Source: Rhizodiscina lignyota
Taxonomy: Eukaryota
DNA: 64,000 bases
Direction: 5' to 3'
NCBI GenBank assembly: GCA_010015805.1
Contig: ML978125.1
Location: forward strand, 1,922,001 to 1,986,000
Each line of letters opens with the position of its first letter. Within the stretch, counting starts at the first letter, position 1. This document shows positions 1 to 11,601 of the stretch, in pieces. The notes below the pieces were generated by a model. The model was not told where the DNA came from and did no database searches. It worked only from the letters and a program-made list of their open reading frames with translations. Both the position numbers and the translations under genes were made by a program.

Positions 1-1352
1 CCAGCGGTTGCAACTGTGCCGAAACCAGTGAATGGGACGAATCCAGCTGGCACGCACGTGCAACAGGAGCCGGTCTGTGAACCAATTGGTCTTGCATCAC
101 AGTCTCAGTATGGAAGAGAAGAATTCTCTCTAGGCTCCATGGCCGACTCTACATACGAGTATCTGCCGAAAGAGTACATTCTTCTTGGTGGATTGAATAA
201 CCAGTACAAAAGCATGTACGAAATGGCCATTGACACTGCCACTAAGCACAACATCTTCCGTCCAATGCTCCCAGATGACAAGGACATTCTTCTCTCAGGA
301 TCTCTCTGGGTCCAGACATTCACCGAAGAAAGTGAAAAGCCAACTACGTATAGGCTCCGTACTTCCACCGCGCATTTAACTTGTTTCGTCGGTGGCATGT
401 ATGGTCTGGGCGCCAAAATCTTCAATCGCGAGAAAGATCTCGAGATCGCAAAGAAACTTACGGAGGGCTGTGTGTGGGCGTACGATACAATGCCAACAGG
501 AATCATGCCAGAATCATACAGTATCATGGCATGCGATGATTGGGACGACTGCAAGTGGAACGAGACCGCTTACCACAACGAGCTTGATCCTGGCCGAGAA
601 ACCAGATTCCAGCTCTACGAGCAGCAGATACAGCGCTGGAAGGACGCACAAGCTCAAGGACCTACGACTGAGGTTAAAGTAAAACCACAGGAGACTGCTG
701 ATCCGTCCGCTGCTGCGAAGAAGGGTGGGGATGAGACTGAGGTCCAATCGAAAGCGAAGAGGCAATTAGACATCCCGGATCCTGCGAAGCCCGTGACAAA
801 AGAGTCGGCCACCCCCACTATCCCAGAGAAGACACCCGAAAATGCTTTAGAGAAAGCCATTGAGGATCCTAGCTTTCATATAAAGAAGCCGTTGACACAC
901 GAAGAGTTTGTAGCGATGAGAATAAAGGACGAGAGGCTACCGCCTGGGGTTACTCTACTAAATGATAAGCGATATCTTCTCAGGTCAGTTCATGTGAATC
1001 ATCTTCTCATTACTCTTAGAGATTAACAGACCATAGGCCGGAAGCTATTGAATCCGTCTGGTACATGCATCGTATCACTGGCGACCCTCACTGGCGCGAA
1101 GCAGGCTGGCGGATGTTCCAGGCTGTGGAGCGGTACACGCGAGTAGAATTCGGTCACTCTGCAATCGATGACGTGACAAAGGAGACTCCGTTGCATAAGG
1201 ACGAGATGGAAAGTTTCTGGATGGCGGAGACGCTGAAATATTACTATCTGCTGTTTGAAGACGAGAGCGTGGTTAATCTTGATGAATGGGTGCTGAACAC
1301 CGAGGCACATCCGTTCAGAAGACCGAGCGTGGAGACAAAAGCGGAAGAGTGA
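1..1352 (+). CDS. Class I alpha-1,2-mannosidase (GH47), 5'-truncated by the window edge; exons <1..983, 1037..1352
   Basis: GH47 motifs [31 protein letters not shown] (formed by splicing GT984..AG1036), [14 protein letters not shown] and NTEAHP. Confidence 0.93.
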
Positions 1353-1843
1353 AAGAGGCTAGTAATGTTAGGGGTTCACACTTTATGTTCTGCATGTGGG
1401 CGAATGTATATTTGGGATGGCGACATTACATTGCATAGCATCGGACTCGCGCGTGGCGTTAAGGGCTGCGCCGTATTAAAGACCAGATTTGGCATCATGG
1501 CATTTGTAAAGGAAAATTGGATTTTGTTCATTTCTCGAAGCCACTCGGAGAGTAGTCTATGTCTAAGGGTGCTCCACTACAGTGTTTGTGTGTCCTGTCG
1601 CAGAAGTGTTGCACTCCCTGGCCATTTTACTGCTTCCTCATCAGTTGAGTCGATCAACCACGCGACGCCACAGCCTCATCTGCTGAGGCGGCATCTCCGA
1701 TTCCGCATTCACTACCCCAAAACCTCCAACCCCTCCACGCGCTGTTTACAAATCGCGGCGATTTCCAATGCAAAGTTCTGTCACTCTGCTGGGCGTAGCC
1801 TGGTGATAAACCATGCATTCGCGTTCACGTCGTCGGCCGCAAG

Positions 1844-3541
1844 ATGGAATTTGAGGTCTCCTACGACCTTGAAAGCGCGGAGCAATTCTGGGACGGTGCG
1901 ACCCCGCCACTTCATCTATCTCCTTCTGCCTGCTTGTTATAGTAATGAAAGTAACTGACCTTACTCGGGAGAGACAGAACTCGACGATATAGTCTCCGCG
2001 CACGCGGGCTCGCACGAGACCATCGACAATGCACTGCGCTCATACTTGCGCTTCACCAGCAACTACAAGGGTATGAGGGGCACGCGAGTCTTGGAGATTG
2101 GCTATCGAGAGAGTGATACTGATGCGTAGTGAGCAGATGAATATTTACAATCGGATTACGATGTCGCGCGATGCACGTACAAGCTGCTGGAGTCGGCGCT
2201 GTTCAAGGCGCACATGGAGTATGTCCGGCGGCAAATCGTGTATGGGCTCTTGCAGGTGAGTTCTTGGGCGATAAGTGCTCATAACAGTCAAAGGAAGAGG
2301 ATAGCTGATATCTACACCAGGAAGACGAGTCGCAGACCCTCCACCTCATAACCGCGATCCTCCTTTATGACGGCCGCAACCACGATGAGACATTCCAGAT
2401 GATGCAGACAGAAGGAGCATTCCCGCGTCTGATTGAATTGATAAGGAGTCATGGTATCAACGGCTCCGAAGTTGATCGCGACCTTCACAGGCTACTCCTT
2501 GATCTACTATACGAGATGTCACGGATGCAGCGCTTGACATGGGAGGACCTCACATCCATCAATGACGAGTTCGTGCTCTATCTATTCCAGATAATAGAGG
2601 AGCTGAGCGATGATGCGAATGATCCCTATCACTATCCTGTGATCAGGGTCCTGCTTGTGCTTAACGAGCAGTATATGGTCATGTCGGCAACCGGTGCACC
2701 AATAACGAATCGGGTGGTCAAGATGCTTTCATCGCATGGAAATTCTTACAAGACGTTTGGAGAGAACCTCATCCTACTATTGAACCGCGAGTCCGAGACG
2801 AGTCTACAGTTACTGATACTGAAATTACTTTATCTGGTTTTCAGTTCACAGTCGACGGCCGAATATTTTTATACCAACGACCTGCACGTTCTGTTGGATG
2901 TCATTCTGAGAAACCTGCTGGACCTCCCTGGCCCTCTAGAGGACTCTTCGGACGGAAAGACGAGTGGGATGCTTCGACATACTTACCTGCGCGTCTTGCA
3001 CGTCTTGCTGGCGCACAGCCAGCTCAAGCGACCAGGGATGGGGTACAAGCGCGATGAAGTGTGCAAGATTCTGCGACTTCTAGGCTCAAACTACAACCCA
3101 GAAGCCAACGGGCATAGTGAACAGTACATGAACTCAATGAGCTCCGGCATGTTCGCGCACTTCGCACCCATTGACCCTACGACACTCCGTCTCGCTCGGC
3201 GTTGCGCGGCTGTAGACTGGCTAGGTGATGCGGTAGGCGAAAAGGAGACAGTCTCTCCAATTCTGACAATCAGTCCGGCAAGCAGTTTCCCCACGCCGGA
3301 TCTAAATGCGGCAAATGACTCGACGACGAACGGGAACGGTAATGGTGCAGGGCAGAAAGAAGTCGCGCGGAGACACTTACTTGGAATGAGTTCACCACAG
3401 GGAGGCGAGAGTGCACTGAGTGTCATTGAGATGGCAGAGCAGAAAGAGAAGCCTGGTGTCCTGAGTCCGAGTCGTATTCGTAATGCGAATGGGTTGGGAG
3501 TTGGAATGGAAACTGGAATTGCAGAAGCGGAAGCTGCGTGA
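1844..3541 (+). CDS. LDB17: Ldb17/SPIN90 (Dip1)-family Arp2/3 activator; exons 1844..1895, 1978..2070, 2137..2255, 2321..3541
   Basis: Three GT-AG introns give a continuous frame. Motifs VLLVLNEQY, KTFGENLILLLNRE, FYTNDLHVLLDVILRNLLDLP and LRHTYLRVL. Confidence 0.85.
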
Positions 3542-4280
3542 TCATACTGAAGGGCAGTGAATAATATATATGCGCTTGAAAATTCATGTTGAGAATTTTG
3601 GTTATTGGGTATAAGTCTTTTTCCTTTGGCATGAAGCGAGGTTTCTGTGTCGGCATTGTCGAAGGCGTTCTGCAGGGTAAGATATGAGTATTTTGAGATG
3701 ACGCACATAGCGTCTGAATGATCAATCGAAATGAATTATTGCTTACTTCGATTTTCAAGCGATACTGTGCACCTCTCAACGCTAATCCTACCTGTAGTCT
3801 CCGAAAGGGGCATCATTCTTCAGACGACCATTCTTCGGTGGAGCCTGCGCTGTTGTTCAAGCATCAATTATACTTTAGAAGGCCTTTCTTCTGCCGCGCT
3901 CGCACATGTGTGAAGTGTCACCTCAAATGTGAGCGGGATCTGAGCAGACGGTACGACCGTATTATTCATTTAATCTCACTACTACAACTCTCAGTGTGAC
4001 TCCGTAACTTCGCTCGAATTCTCCGGCCCTTCCACCTTCTGCCAAACCCGGTCAAATCATATCCAATACCTCCATTGCGCTCCTTAACCACTCAACTTCC
4101 CTTGCACGTCCACCGCACCTGCGCCAGACCTTTATACATAGAGCTCCCGGCTCGATAAGTCCCACACCACCCCCCACATGCCTCCACCACTATCATCCAC
4201 ACAAAAAGTAGTGTCGGGACCTTTTTGCCAAACGGCTCTTCACACCTCTGTGCTTTCTCCACTCTCCATAGTCGTCCACT

Positions 4281-5483
4281 CTAATTGCCTTTCGCCTGGA
4301 CCTTTGGCACGACTTTCAGCGAGAAGTCGACATGCTTGACTCCTTGATGTATGCTGCTCGAGCTGATCACATCCACGTCCTCGCACACGTACGCCTCGAC
4401 ATTCTCCGGCGTTAGTCCCCCACTCACTTCAACCAGCGCCCTTGCCTCGTTTCCTCGTCCCCATTTATCTTTCAACTTTTTTGCACATGCTCTTACCCCT
4501 TCGCCAGTGAAGTTGTCAAGCATAACAACATCGGCTCCTGCTGTGATCGCCTCGTCCGCCTCCTCAAAGGACTGGCATTCGACTTCGATCTTGATAGCAA
4601 AGCCACCTGCTGACTTTGCTGCGTGAACGGCTTGGGTGATACTGCCACAGCTCCAAACGTGGTTGTCTTTCAACATAGTCATTGCGCTTAAGTCGTGCCG
4701 ATGAGGGTCGCAGCCGCCAACCAGCATGCCATATTTCTCGACTAGTCTGAATCCCGGCGTTGTCTTACGAGTGCCGGCGAGGGTATTCGAGTATCCAGCT
4801 TTTCGTAGTAGAGAGAGCAAATTTGATGACGCTGTTGCTACGCCAGAACAGCGTGCCAATGTGTTCAGCGCTACTCGCTCCCCGAGAAGGAGTTTGCGGA
4901 CAGGACCACGCACAGTTGCGACATGGGTTTTACCGCCTTCGATATAGCTACCTTCGGGATAGTGCCATTCCACACTACATATAATATCAGATAAGATGTG
5001 CTGATTATTGATGGCTGTCGAGACCTTACGTGCAATCGAGTTGTTTGAAGACCTCGTCAAAAAAGGGTAGTCCTGCGACCACTCCCTGCCGAGAGATTCA
5101 GGTAAGAACTATCATAAATCGATTGAATGAACTGAAGATGGTGATGGAACTGGGGAGGAACTGGGGAGGAGCCATTTTGGAGGGCATAAGTTAATGACCT
5201 CGATAACTGAGAGTGTTCACTCAAGGACAGCGTAAAAAAACAGAGTTCAGAAACGGGAATGGGCCGTTTCAGAGAATAAGCATGTAGATGCAAGACAAGC
5301 GATTCTGATTACCTTGCTCTTGCCCAATAGCTTCGCCTCTGCCATATCGTCCCCTACGACGAAACCTCCATAGTCGAAACTCGGGGTGTCTTCCTCCAGC
5401 CACTCCGCCACCATGCGCTTGTATGTCTGCGGTAGCAAATGCGCCACAGTGCCCTTCGCGGGGGCACCCTCTGTCGATGGCAT
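4281..5483 (-). CDS. BNA6: Nicotinate-nucleotide pyrophosphorylase (quinolinate phosphoribosyltransferase); exons 5483..5313, 5085..5030, 4974..4281
   Basis: [59 protein letters not shown] and DFSLK; splice junctions keep the frame. Confidence 0.96.
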
Positions 5484-6236
5484 GATGATAGAATTCGAAA
5501 TTGGTCTGGCGAACTTATTGAAGGATGGATGAGTATTATGTGCTCTTGATTCTATTTAGCGTTGACCCATCCAAGGCGGACCCGAACAAACCCGACAGGG
5601 GGCATTCACTCCACATCACCACCTTCCTTCCTACATATATACATTTACCCATCAATGTCTAAGATGATAAACTATCCATTTTACAAGTCCCATGCTCAGC
5701 ATATCGTTGACACTTCTTTGCTTCGGTACTCTCGTCCTTTCAAGCTCGAGATGGGTTGTGTGGGAGCTATTCGGCGCAGCCGAAGGGTAGCAAATCGACG
5801 ACAAATATCATACGTTAATGGTAAGGCTGGCAGAGAGGGGCTGCAAAGGCAACTACTTGGCTTCATCATTGCCGCGTCAACGTGCAGAACTGGGCTTTTC
5901 AGCTCGGGTGCTTCAGCGAATGATGAGTTCGTGGAACTCGTGGAACCGTGGCTGGAGGGAGCCGTGTAGTTCACAAGGCATCCTGAAGACTGCAAGGCTG
6001 TGAGGCTGAGCGCAAAGAAGCAACTGCAACGTCTTATTTCTGGCTCAAGTTTTCTTTCCTACTGTTCAGTTATACCAATTTGACTGCTCTACCTATGTTT
6101 CTGCGACGAAGTCATATCTCGTTGCAATTCTCTCATTCTCTTTCGCAAAAGAAGCAGATTTCATGGATCATCGTAGTATCAAATTTCTTCTTCTACGCTG
6201 AAGGACCGCATCGGATGAGACTGGGTTGACACGACA

Positions 6237-9200
6237 ATGACGGACCCTCTATCAATAACTACCGGCGTCCTCACTCTCCTTGGTGTGACTTACCACGTAG
6301 GCTGCGAGTTGAAGAAATTCCGCGATGGCGTGGCTGCCATTGACGCGGTCATTGGATCACTCATTGACGATGTCGATGCCCTTCACAATGTGCTGGAAGC
6401 TATGAAAGAGACCTTTGGCCAGCCGGATACTGTGACAACACTGAATGCTACCGGACACATAGGCAATCATTGGCGAAACATGTCTCGAAGCCTAGGCGAT
6501 GCTGAGGGAACCTTGTCTGATCTTTTGCTTGTGCTTCAAGATGTCAACAAATGTACGACGTTCCTAGATGGTCCTCGAAAACAGCTTCGCTACAAAGCCA
6601 TGTCAGATCGGATTTCGCGATATAGCAACCAGATTTCATCCTACAAACAGACATTGCAATTGTCCCTGCAGACCTTGGTTTTGTGAGCTTTCCATAATCT
6701 TACTAACGTGCCGTGCTGACTCTTTCGTAGATGGAACCAAATAACGATACGAGCAACGACGGATAACATCATGCCTGGTCTCGACGATTTGAATAAAAGT
6801 ATTCGAAAGATCGCGCTTCAGATCACAACGAGATTAGAGAAACTGGAATTACTTCAAGGTGGTGCAGTGGAAGCCCAGACGAAGATTGAAGCTGTCGTTA
6901 TGTCGAACTTGAGAGAATGTGTCCGGTCGTCCGCGACAATCGTGTCGTCAGCATCAACGATTATGGCTAAACTTAGCGACAGGCCTTCAACGACTTGTGA
7001 ATCTGACGTTGCAGACCTTCTCCCACCGCAAAATAATCACCTCGTGGGAAAATGGATGGCGTCAGTACCGGTCTTCGAAGCCGACTCTTTGGATGTTGAA
7101 AGCCCTCCCCAAGTTCCACCCAGTGTCATCGCTTCACAAGTTCTCGAATATCCAGAGGAAGACGCGGACTCGGACTCGGACCTCGAGAACGAGCTTGCTC
7201 GTGTCCTGCTAAAGCACGGGAAAGATCAAATGGAGGCGGGAAATTACGAGAGGGCGGAACGAAATCTTCGGAACTGCTTATCTCGCCTCGCCAGACCTTC
7301 TGGTTCAAGTCCAATCTCTAAGAATGACGTCCGCAGTCTCCTGGTAGATTCTCTCATCAAACAGAGCAAGTGGCATGATGCTGGACAAGAGTTACGCAAA
7401 CAGCTTGCTTGGGACGAAGGAGTCAGAGAGCGGGGAGATCAGAAGCGTCTCCTGGACATGGCTCTTCTTGTAGATGTGCTCATGACACAAGACAAGCTCT
7501 CTGAGGCGCAAGTCTATGCTCGACGTCTGCTTTCGGAGTATCGGGAGCTTGGGGATCGTGGCCACGATGGCGTTGAACTCACTTTGCGGACCCTGGTGAG
7601 GATATGTCAGGCAGAAGGCAACAACGAAGATGAGGAAGCTTACTCTTCAATGCTCGTGGTGTTCTTTCAAGAGTCTGTCAGTGGTGCACCTGAATTAACC
7701 GCGCAATACCCACCTGAGGATAGAGGCGATCTAGCGGTGTCGGAATTTCCAGTTCCTCCTTCCCATGAAGTCACCGGGAGATTGGCATTAGCACCAGTGA
7801 TTGAGGTCACAGAAGAACAGCCACAAATCCATGGGATTGCCGAAGAGGTAGTTTCCAAACCCGATAGAACGCGCCGATTCTCGTTTGAACCCGAGCACTC
7901 GAAACCAGTACAAGCAGTTGATGGGGGAGAGCAAAACCAAGAGCAAGGTGGGAATCAACACAACTCTGCAGAGACTTCTCAGAATTCAGATTCCAACTTC
8001 CAAGCGTTTGGAGAGGGCCCGAAGTTGACGCGATATGATAGCAAGCAGTTCACGGTAAGCTGAATTGGGGTTTCTGCCTTGAGGTTGTATCTCAGCTGAT
8101 GACATATTCTTTCCCTGCAGATGCCACAAACTATCAAGTCCACTGCAGATATGCGGGAGCAAATCCATGCTCCAAAATCTGCATTACCTACCATCAGCCG
8201 ATCCCCATGGTTGAAAGTGAACAGGCAGTTCCCTCTCAGACGGCAGCGTGGAACGTCCCTCGAACTTCCACCGGTTCTGCGGTCCATCTCAGAAGGAGGC
8301 CTGGGCTCCAACGTACTACCGGACCACGTACCCATTGGCACAACAAAGGTTACAACCATTCAGGCGTCTGAGTTAGATCCCATAGATGCTCAGAGGATCG
8401 AAGAAAATGATACTCAACCTCCTACGTCAGGGGAAGCAAGGATAAGTGCTGACTGCAGTCTCTCGACAACTAGTTTCAACACATTTGAAACTCCCCGGAC
8501 GAAATCCAGAAGAGTTGAATTCAGGAGGAAGCTGCTATGTATTGGTGATCCGCTTTGTGGAAAGACATGCTTATTGAGGTTTGTCATTTCTAGCAACTAC
8601 TTCCGCTGTTTACTAACAGTGTCAATTCTCCAGTCGACATGCAAAAGGCTCCTACGCAAGGGTACGAGGAAATCGGGGAGATGACCTCTGATGTTACTCT
8701 AACAATATCGCAGTGGATGAGTACGACCGCCTTCCAGAACTACATTTGCAATGTTAGTATCGCCTCTATGACAGTCGAGTTTGCTTTCTACGACACAAAC
8801 GGCGTGATGGATTACGACCGAATACGTCCGATGTCGTATCCGAACACAGACATCATCCTATTATGCTTTACAATTAACGAGCCCCACGCCCTATCAAACA
8901 TTGAAGAAAAAGTGAGTAGTGGGTATAGTAACGTTGCTGCTTATGCTAAGAGGACCATCAAGTGGGTAGACGAAATTCGCCGCTACCTAGACGGCGTCGA
9001 CGTCGTGCTCGTTGGGAATATGTCGGACCTCCGGGATGATCCAGGACAGCGTCAAGAGGATATGATTAGTACCCAAGAGGTGATTATTTGCCCCAAATGG
9101 CCAATTCTGTGCTAACATCTCCAAGGCTGAGGAATTCGCGGAGCGCATGGGTGCTCTTAAGTACTTCGAATGCTCCGCTAAGACCGGGGAGGGCGTAAAG

Positions 9201-9320
9201 GAACTTTTCGAATTTGTAGCGATGAATTCGATCATCAAAAGTCGCAGCCGAGCACAGAACAGACGAAGCTTCAACCGCCTGTTCAGGAAGTCGATGCAGT
9301 CCCTGTCGCTTCGCTCGTAG
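6237..9320 (+). CDS. Fusion of HeLo-like/SesA-type N-terminal domain, TPR-like helices and C-terminal Rho-family GTPase; exons 6237..6682, 6731..8054, 8121..8578, 8634..8661, 8714..8911, 8963..9079, 9126..9320
   Basis: N-terminus MTDPLSITTGVLTLL is typical of fungal STAND N-terminal helical domains. TPR-like GKDQMEAGNYERAERNLRNCL. Rho motifs KLLCIGDPLCGKTCLL, TAFQNY, DTNG-DYDRIRPMSYP, LVGNMSDLR and YFECSAKTGEGVKELFE. All six introns are GT..AG with branch-like sites and preserve frame. Confidence 0.8.
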
Positions 9321-9526
9321 GGCTGAAGGAAGCTTCTCACGAGAAGACTTTTGCTGCAGCTCATATATGTCGTTTAAGCGAAGGCAGACTTTCAAGGACC
9401 TTTGTTGTTCAGGCGTTTTAAATCGCTCTACACAATGTATTTATAAAGCAGCAACTGCTTTGGGACCCTAGATGAAAAGACTACGAACGCCGACCAAACC
9501 TCGCAATGCAGAAGTGATTATACACA

Positions 9527-11128
9527 TTATGGGAATCCAAAGCCCTCTGGGAAGTGGAAACCTCCACCTCCGCCGCCTCCTTGTGCGTGGAACTTGAAAT
9601 GTTGTTGTCCACCACCCTGCTGGAAGAAGAACTGTTGGCCTCCCTGACCGCCGAAGGGGAACGGGCTTCCCTGGAACGGATGACCACCTTGTTGGCTCAT
9701 TGGGTCGTTCGGATCGTCCCCCTTGTCGAACCTTGCTTTCAACTCTTCGTCTCCTAGCACCTCATAAGCTTCGTTGATGGCAGCCATCTTCTTCTCTGCT
9801 GCTTCCTTCGTAATTCCCTGCGCCGCAGCTTTGTCGGGGTGGTATACCTTCGACAGCTGGCGATAGGCGCGCTTGATCTCGCGTTCATCAGCATCCCTGG
9901 ATATGCCAAGGACTTTGTAGTAGTCCTTCTGTTTCGAGCGCTTAAGCAGCGTTTGCGCCTCGTTGAGCAGCTCTTGGAGCCGATGAGAACCCTGATGGTG
10001 TTGTTTTGCATCGTTGAGTGTGCGGATAGCGGCCTCAAAATCGTCTTCTGCGATCTGCTGCTTCGCCTGAGAGAGTGATGCTGATAAAGAAGTTGGGTTG
10101 TACTCGAGAGTTTCTCGGCAGTATGTCTCCGCGCGCTTGTGGTTGTTCATCTCCATGTACGCCTCGCAAGTAAGTTCCACGAGCATGCCGTAGAGACCTT
10201 CTGGTGATTTTTCGTGGATGTATCCCTGGGTCCGATATTCTTTGCTGTCCTCCTTCACTTCATCCAGCAGCCCCGGCTCCGCCCCTTGTTTGGCCAACAG
10301 CTTCACCGCAGCGTTGAACTTCCTCTCTTCCATGTTCTTCCTCACTTTCTTGATCTGTTTGTCAAGTGCCTTCTCCCGCCGCCTCAACGCCATGCACACC
10401 TTGCTGTCCGGGTCACTTTGCAGACACTTTGCGATCTGTTGCAGCGCTTTCTCCGTCTCGCCAAGGGAGAAGAAGCTCTCTGCGCTAATCTGCAGGTGGG
10501 GCTCAGTATTTCCAGAATTTATCTGCAGAACGTGCTGCAAATCGCTGATTCCTTCAGCAACTTCTCCCTTTTCGAACCGACACCGTGCTCTTAATTTTCG
10601 TAATTCCAGCGCGCCTCCAGCGACCATGAGCGCCACTCCGGCATGCTGCAAACATCCATCCCAATCGTGCGACTTGACAGCTTCCTCTGCTAACACTACT
10701 GCGCCTTGTGCTTCTTCTAGTTCAGCGACCTCAGAGCCCCCTGTCTTGCCCGCCGCCTCATAGTCCTTCCGTGCAGCTTCCCAATCGCCGCTCCTGCTCT
10801 TTAGCTTGGCCCGTTGTAATAAAGCTCCTTCGAAATCTGGTTTGATAGCAAGTGCTCTATCGAAGTCTTGCCGTGCTTGGACATTGCGGCCAAGGGAGAG
10901 GTAGGCGGCGCCGCGCTTGAAGAGGGAGAGGTAATTCTGCGGATCGCGTGAGATAGCGATGTCGAAGTAGGTGAGAGCATCTTGCGCATTGCCTTTCCCA
11001 AGCTCCGTACTAGCAGAACTGAGGAGCTGGTTAACAGGCGTATCGGCGGGTATATCAGCGGCCGAGAGCGCTGCGACTGTTGAAATGATCGCAGCGCTGA
11101 GCGCAATGCTGATGAATGGAACGCGCAT
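9527..11128 (-). CDS. ER DnaJ/TPR co-chaperone (DNAJC3/p58IPK, Jem1-like); single exon
   Basis: Signal peptide, multiple TPRs, J domain KDYYKVLG...YHPDK and G/F-rich tail. Confidence 0.93.
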   Translation of the reverse strand: MRVPFISIALSAAIISTVAALSAADIPADTPVNQLLSSASTELGKGNAQDALTYFDIAISRDPQNYLSLFKRGAAYLSLGRNVQARQDFDRALAIKPDFEGALLQRAKLKSRSGDWEAARKDYEAAGKTGGSEVAELEEAQGAVVLAEEAVKSHDWDGCLQHAGVALMVAGGALELRKLRARCRFEKGEVAEGISDLQHVLQINSGNTEPHLQISAESFFSLGETEKALQQIAKCLQSDPDSKVCMALRRREKALDKQIKKVRKNMEERKFNAAVKLLAKQGAEPGLLDEVKEDSKEYRTQGYIHEKSPEGLYGMLVELTCEAYMEMNNHKRAETYCRETLEYNPTSLSASLSQAKQQIAEDDFEAAIRTLNDAKQHHQGSHRLQELLNEAQTLLKRSKQKDYYKVLGISRDADEREIKRAYRQLSKVYHPDKAAAQGITKEAAEKKMAAINEAYEVLGDEELKARFDKGDDPNDPMSQQGGHPFQGSPFPFGGQGGQQFFFQQGGGQQHFKFHAQGGGGGGGFHFPEGFGFP

Positions 11129-11364
11129 GATGATTAAGGAATGTCGAGTGGGAAAGAGACGCTCGAATAATGCCTCCAGGAGAGGTTTCTATGAGGTTGT
11201 GTCCATGTATATATGAAGGTGGGTGAGAATTGGACACATGTCAATTCACAATGGGACGTCACTCCCAAAGTCCCGAGTTATTGAGGCTGAAAGCGGCAGG
11301 GACAGGTGGCGTCTCCTGTGTTCTGATCGGGCTTAGCGTTTCAGCCACTGCAGGGATATTTCGT

Positions 11365-11400
11365 GTCGCGTTAATCGCCATCGCGACGCGTCGCGCGTAA
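11365..11400. promoter_or_regulatory. MCB-like (ACGCGT/CGCG) cluster in the divergent DNAJC3-POL2 promoter
   Basis: GTCGCGTT...TCGCGACGCGTCGCGCGTAA, plus another ACGCGT at 11580-11585; it lies upstream of an S-phase gene. Confidence 0.55.
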
Positions 11401-11601
11401 ATGGCCTTTAGCATCCGTATGTCGAACCTTGTACTCCTTGTCACAATTGATTCGCATTGACAGCTGGAACACTCGGATTTCTCATTTGTGAGCTCGGGTT
11501 TTAAAAGAACTATCACGATGATACTTGTTTGAGTGGAGGTCTTGAGACATATCCTTTCACAGGTCGCGGCGCGTCCTTGACGCGTCGGTGAAGACATCAC
11601 G

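Noticed and set aside
1365..1958. 197-aa ORF between GH47 and LDB17
   Set aside because: It spans a 3' UTR, promoter and LDB17 exon 1/intron 1 in another frame, and shows no protein-like features.
5086..5312. TPP riboswitch or stwintron in BNA6 intron 1
   Set aside because: No TPP aptamer consensus is visible, and removing an internal intron does not rebuild a good donor in frame.
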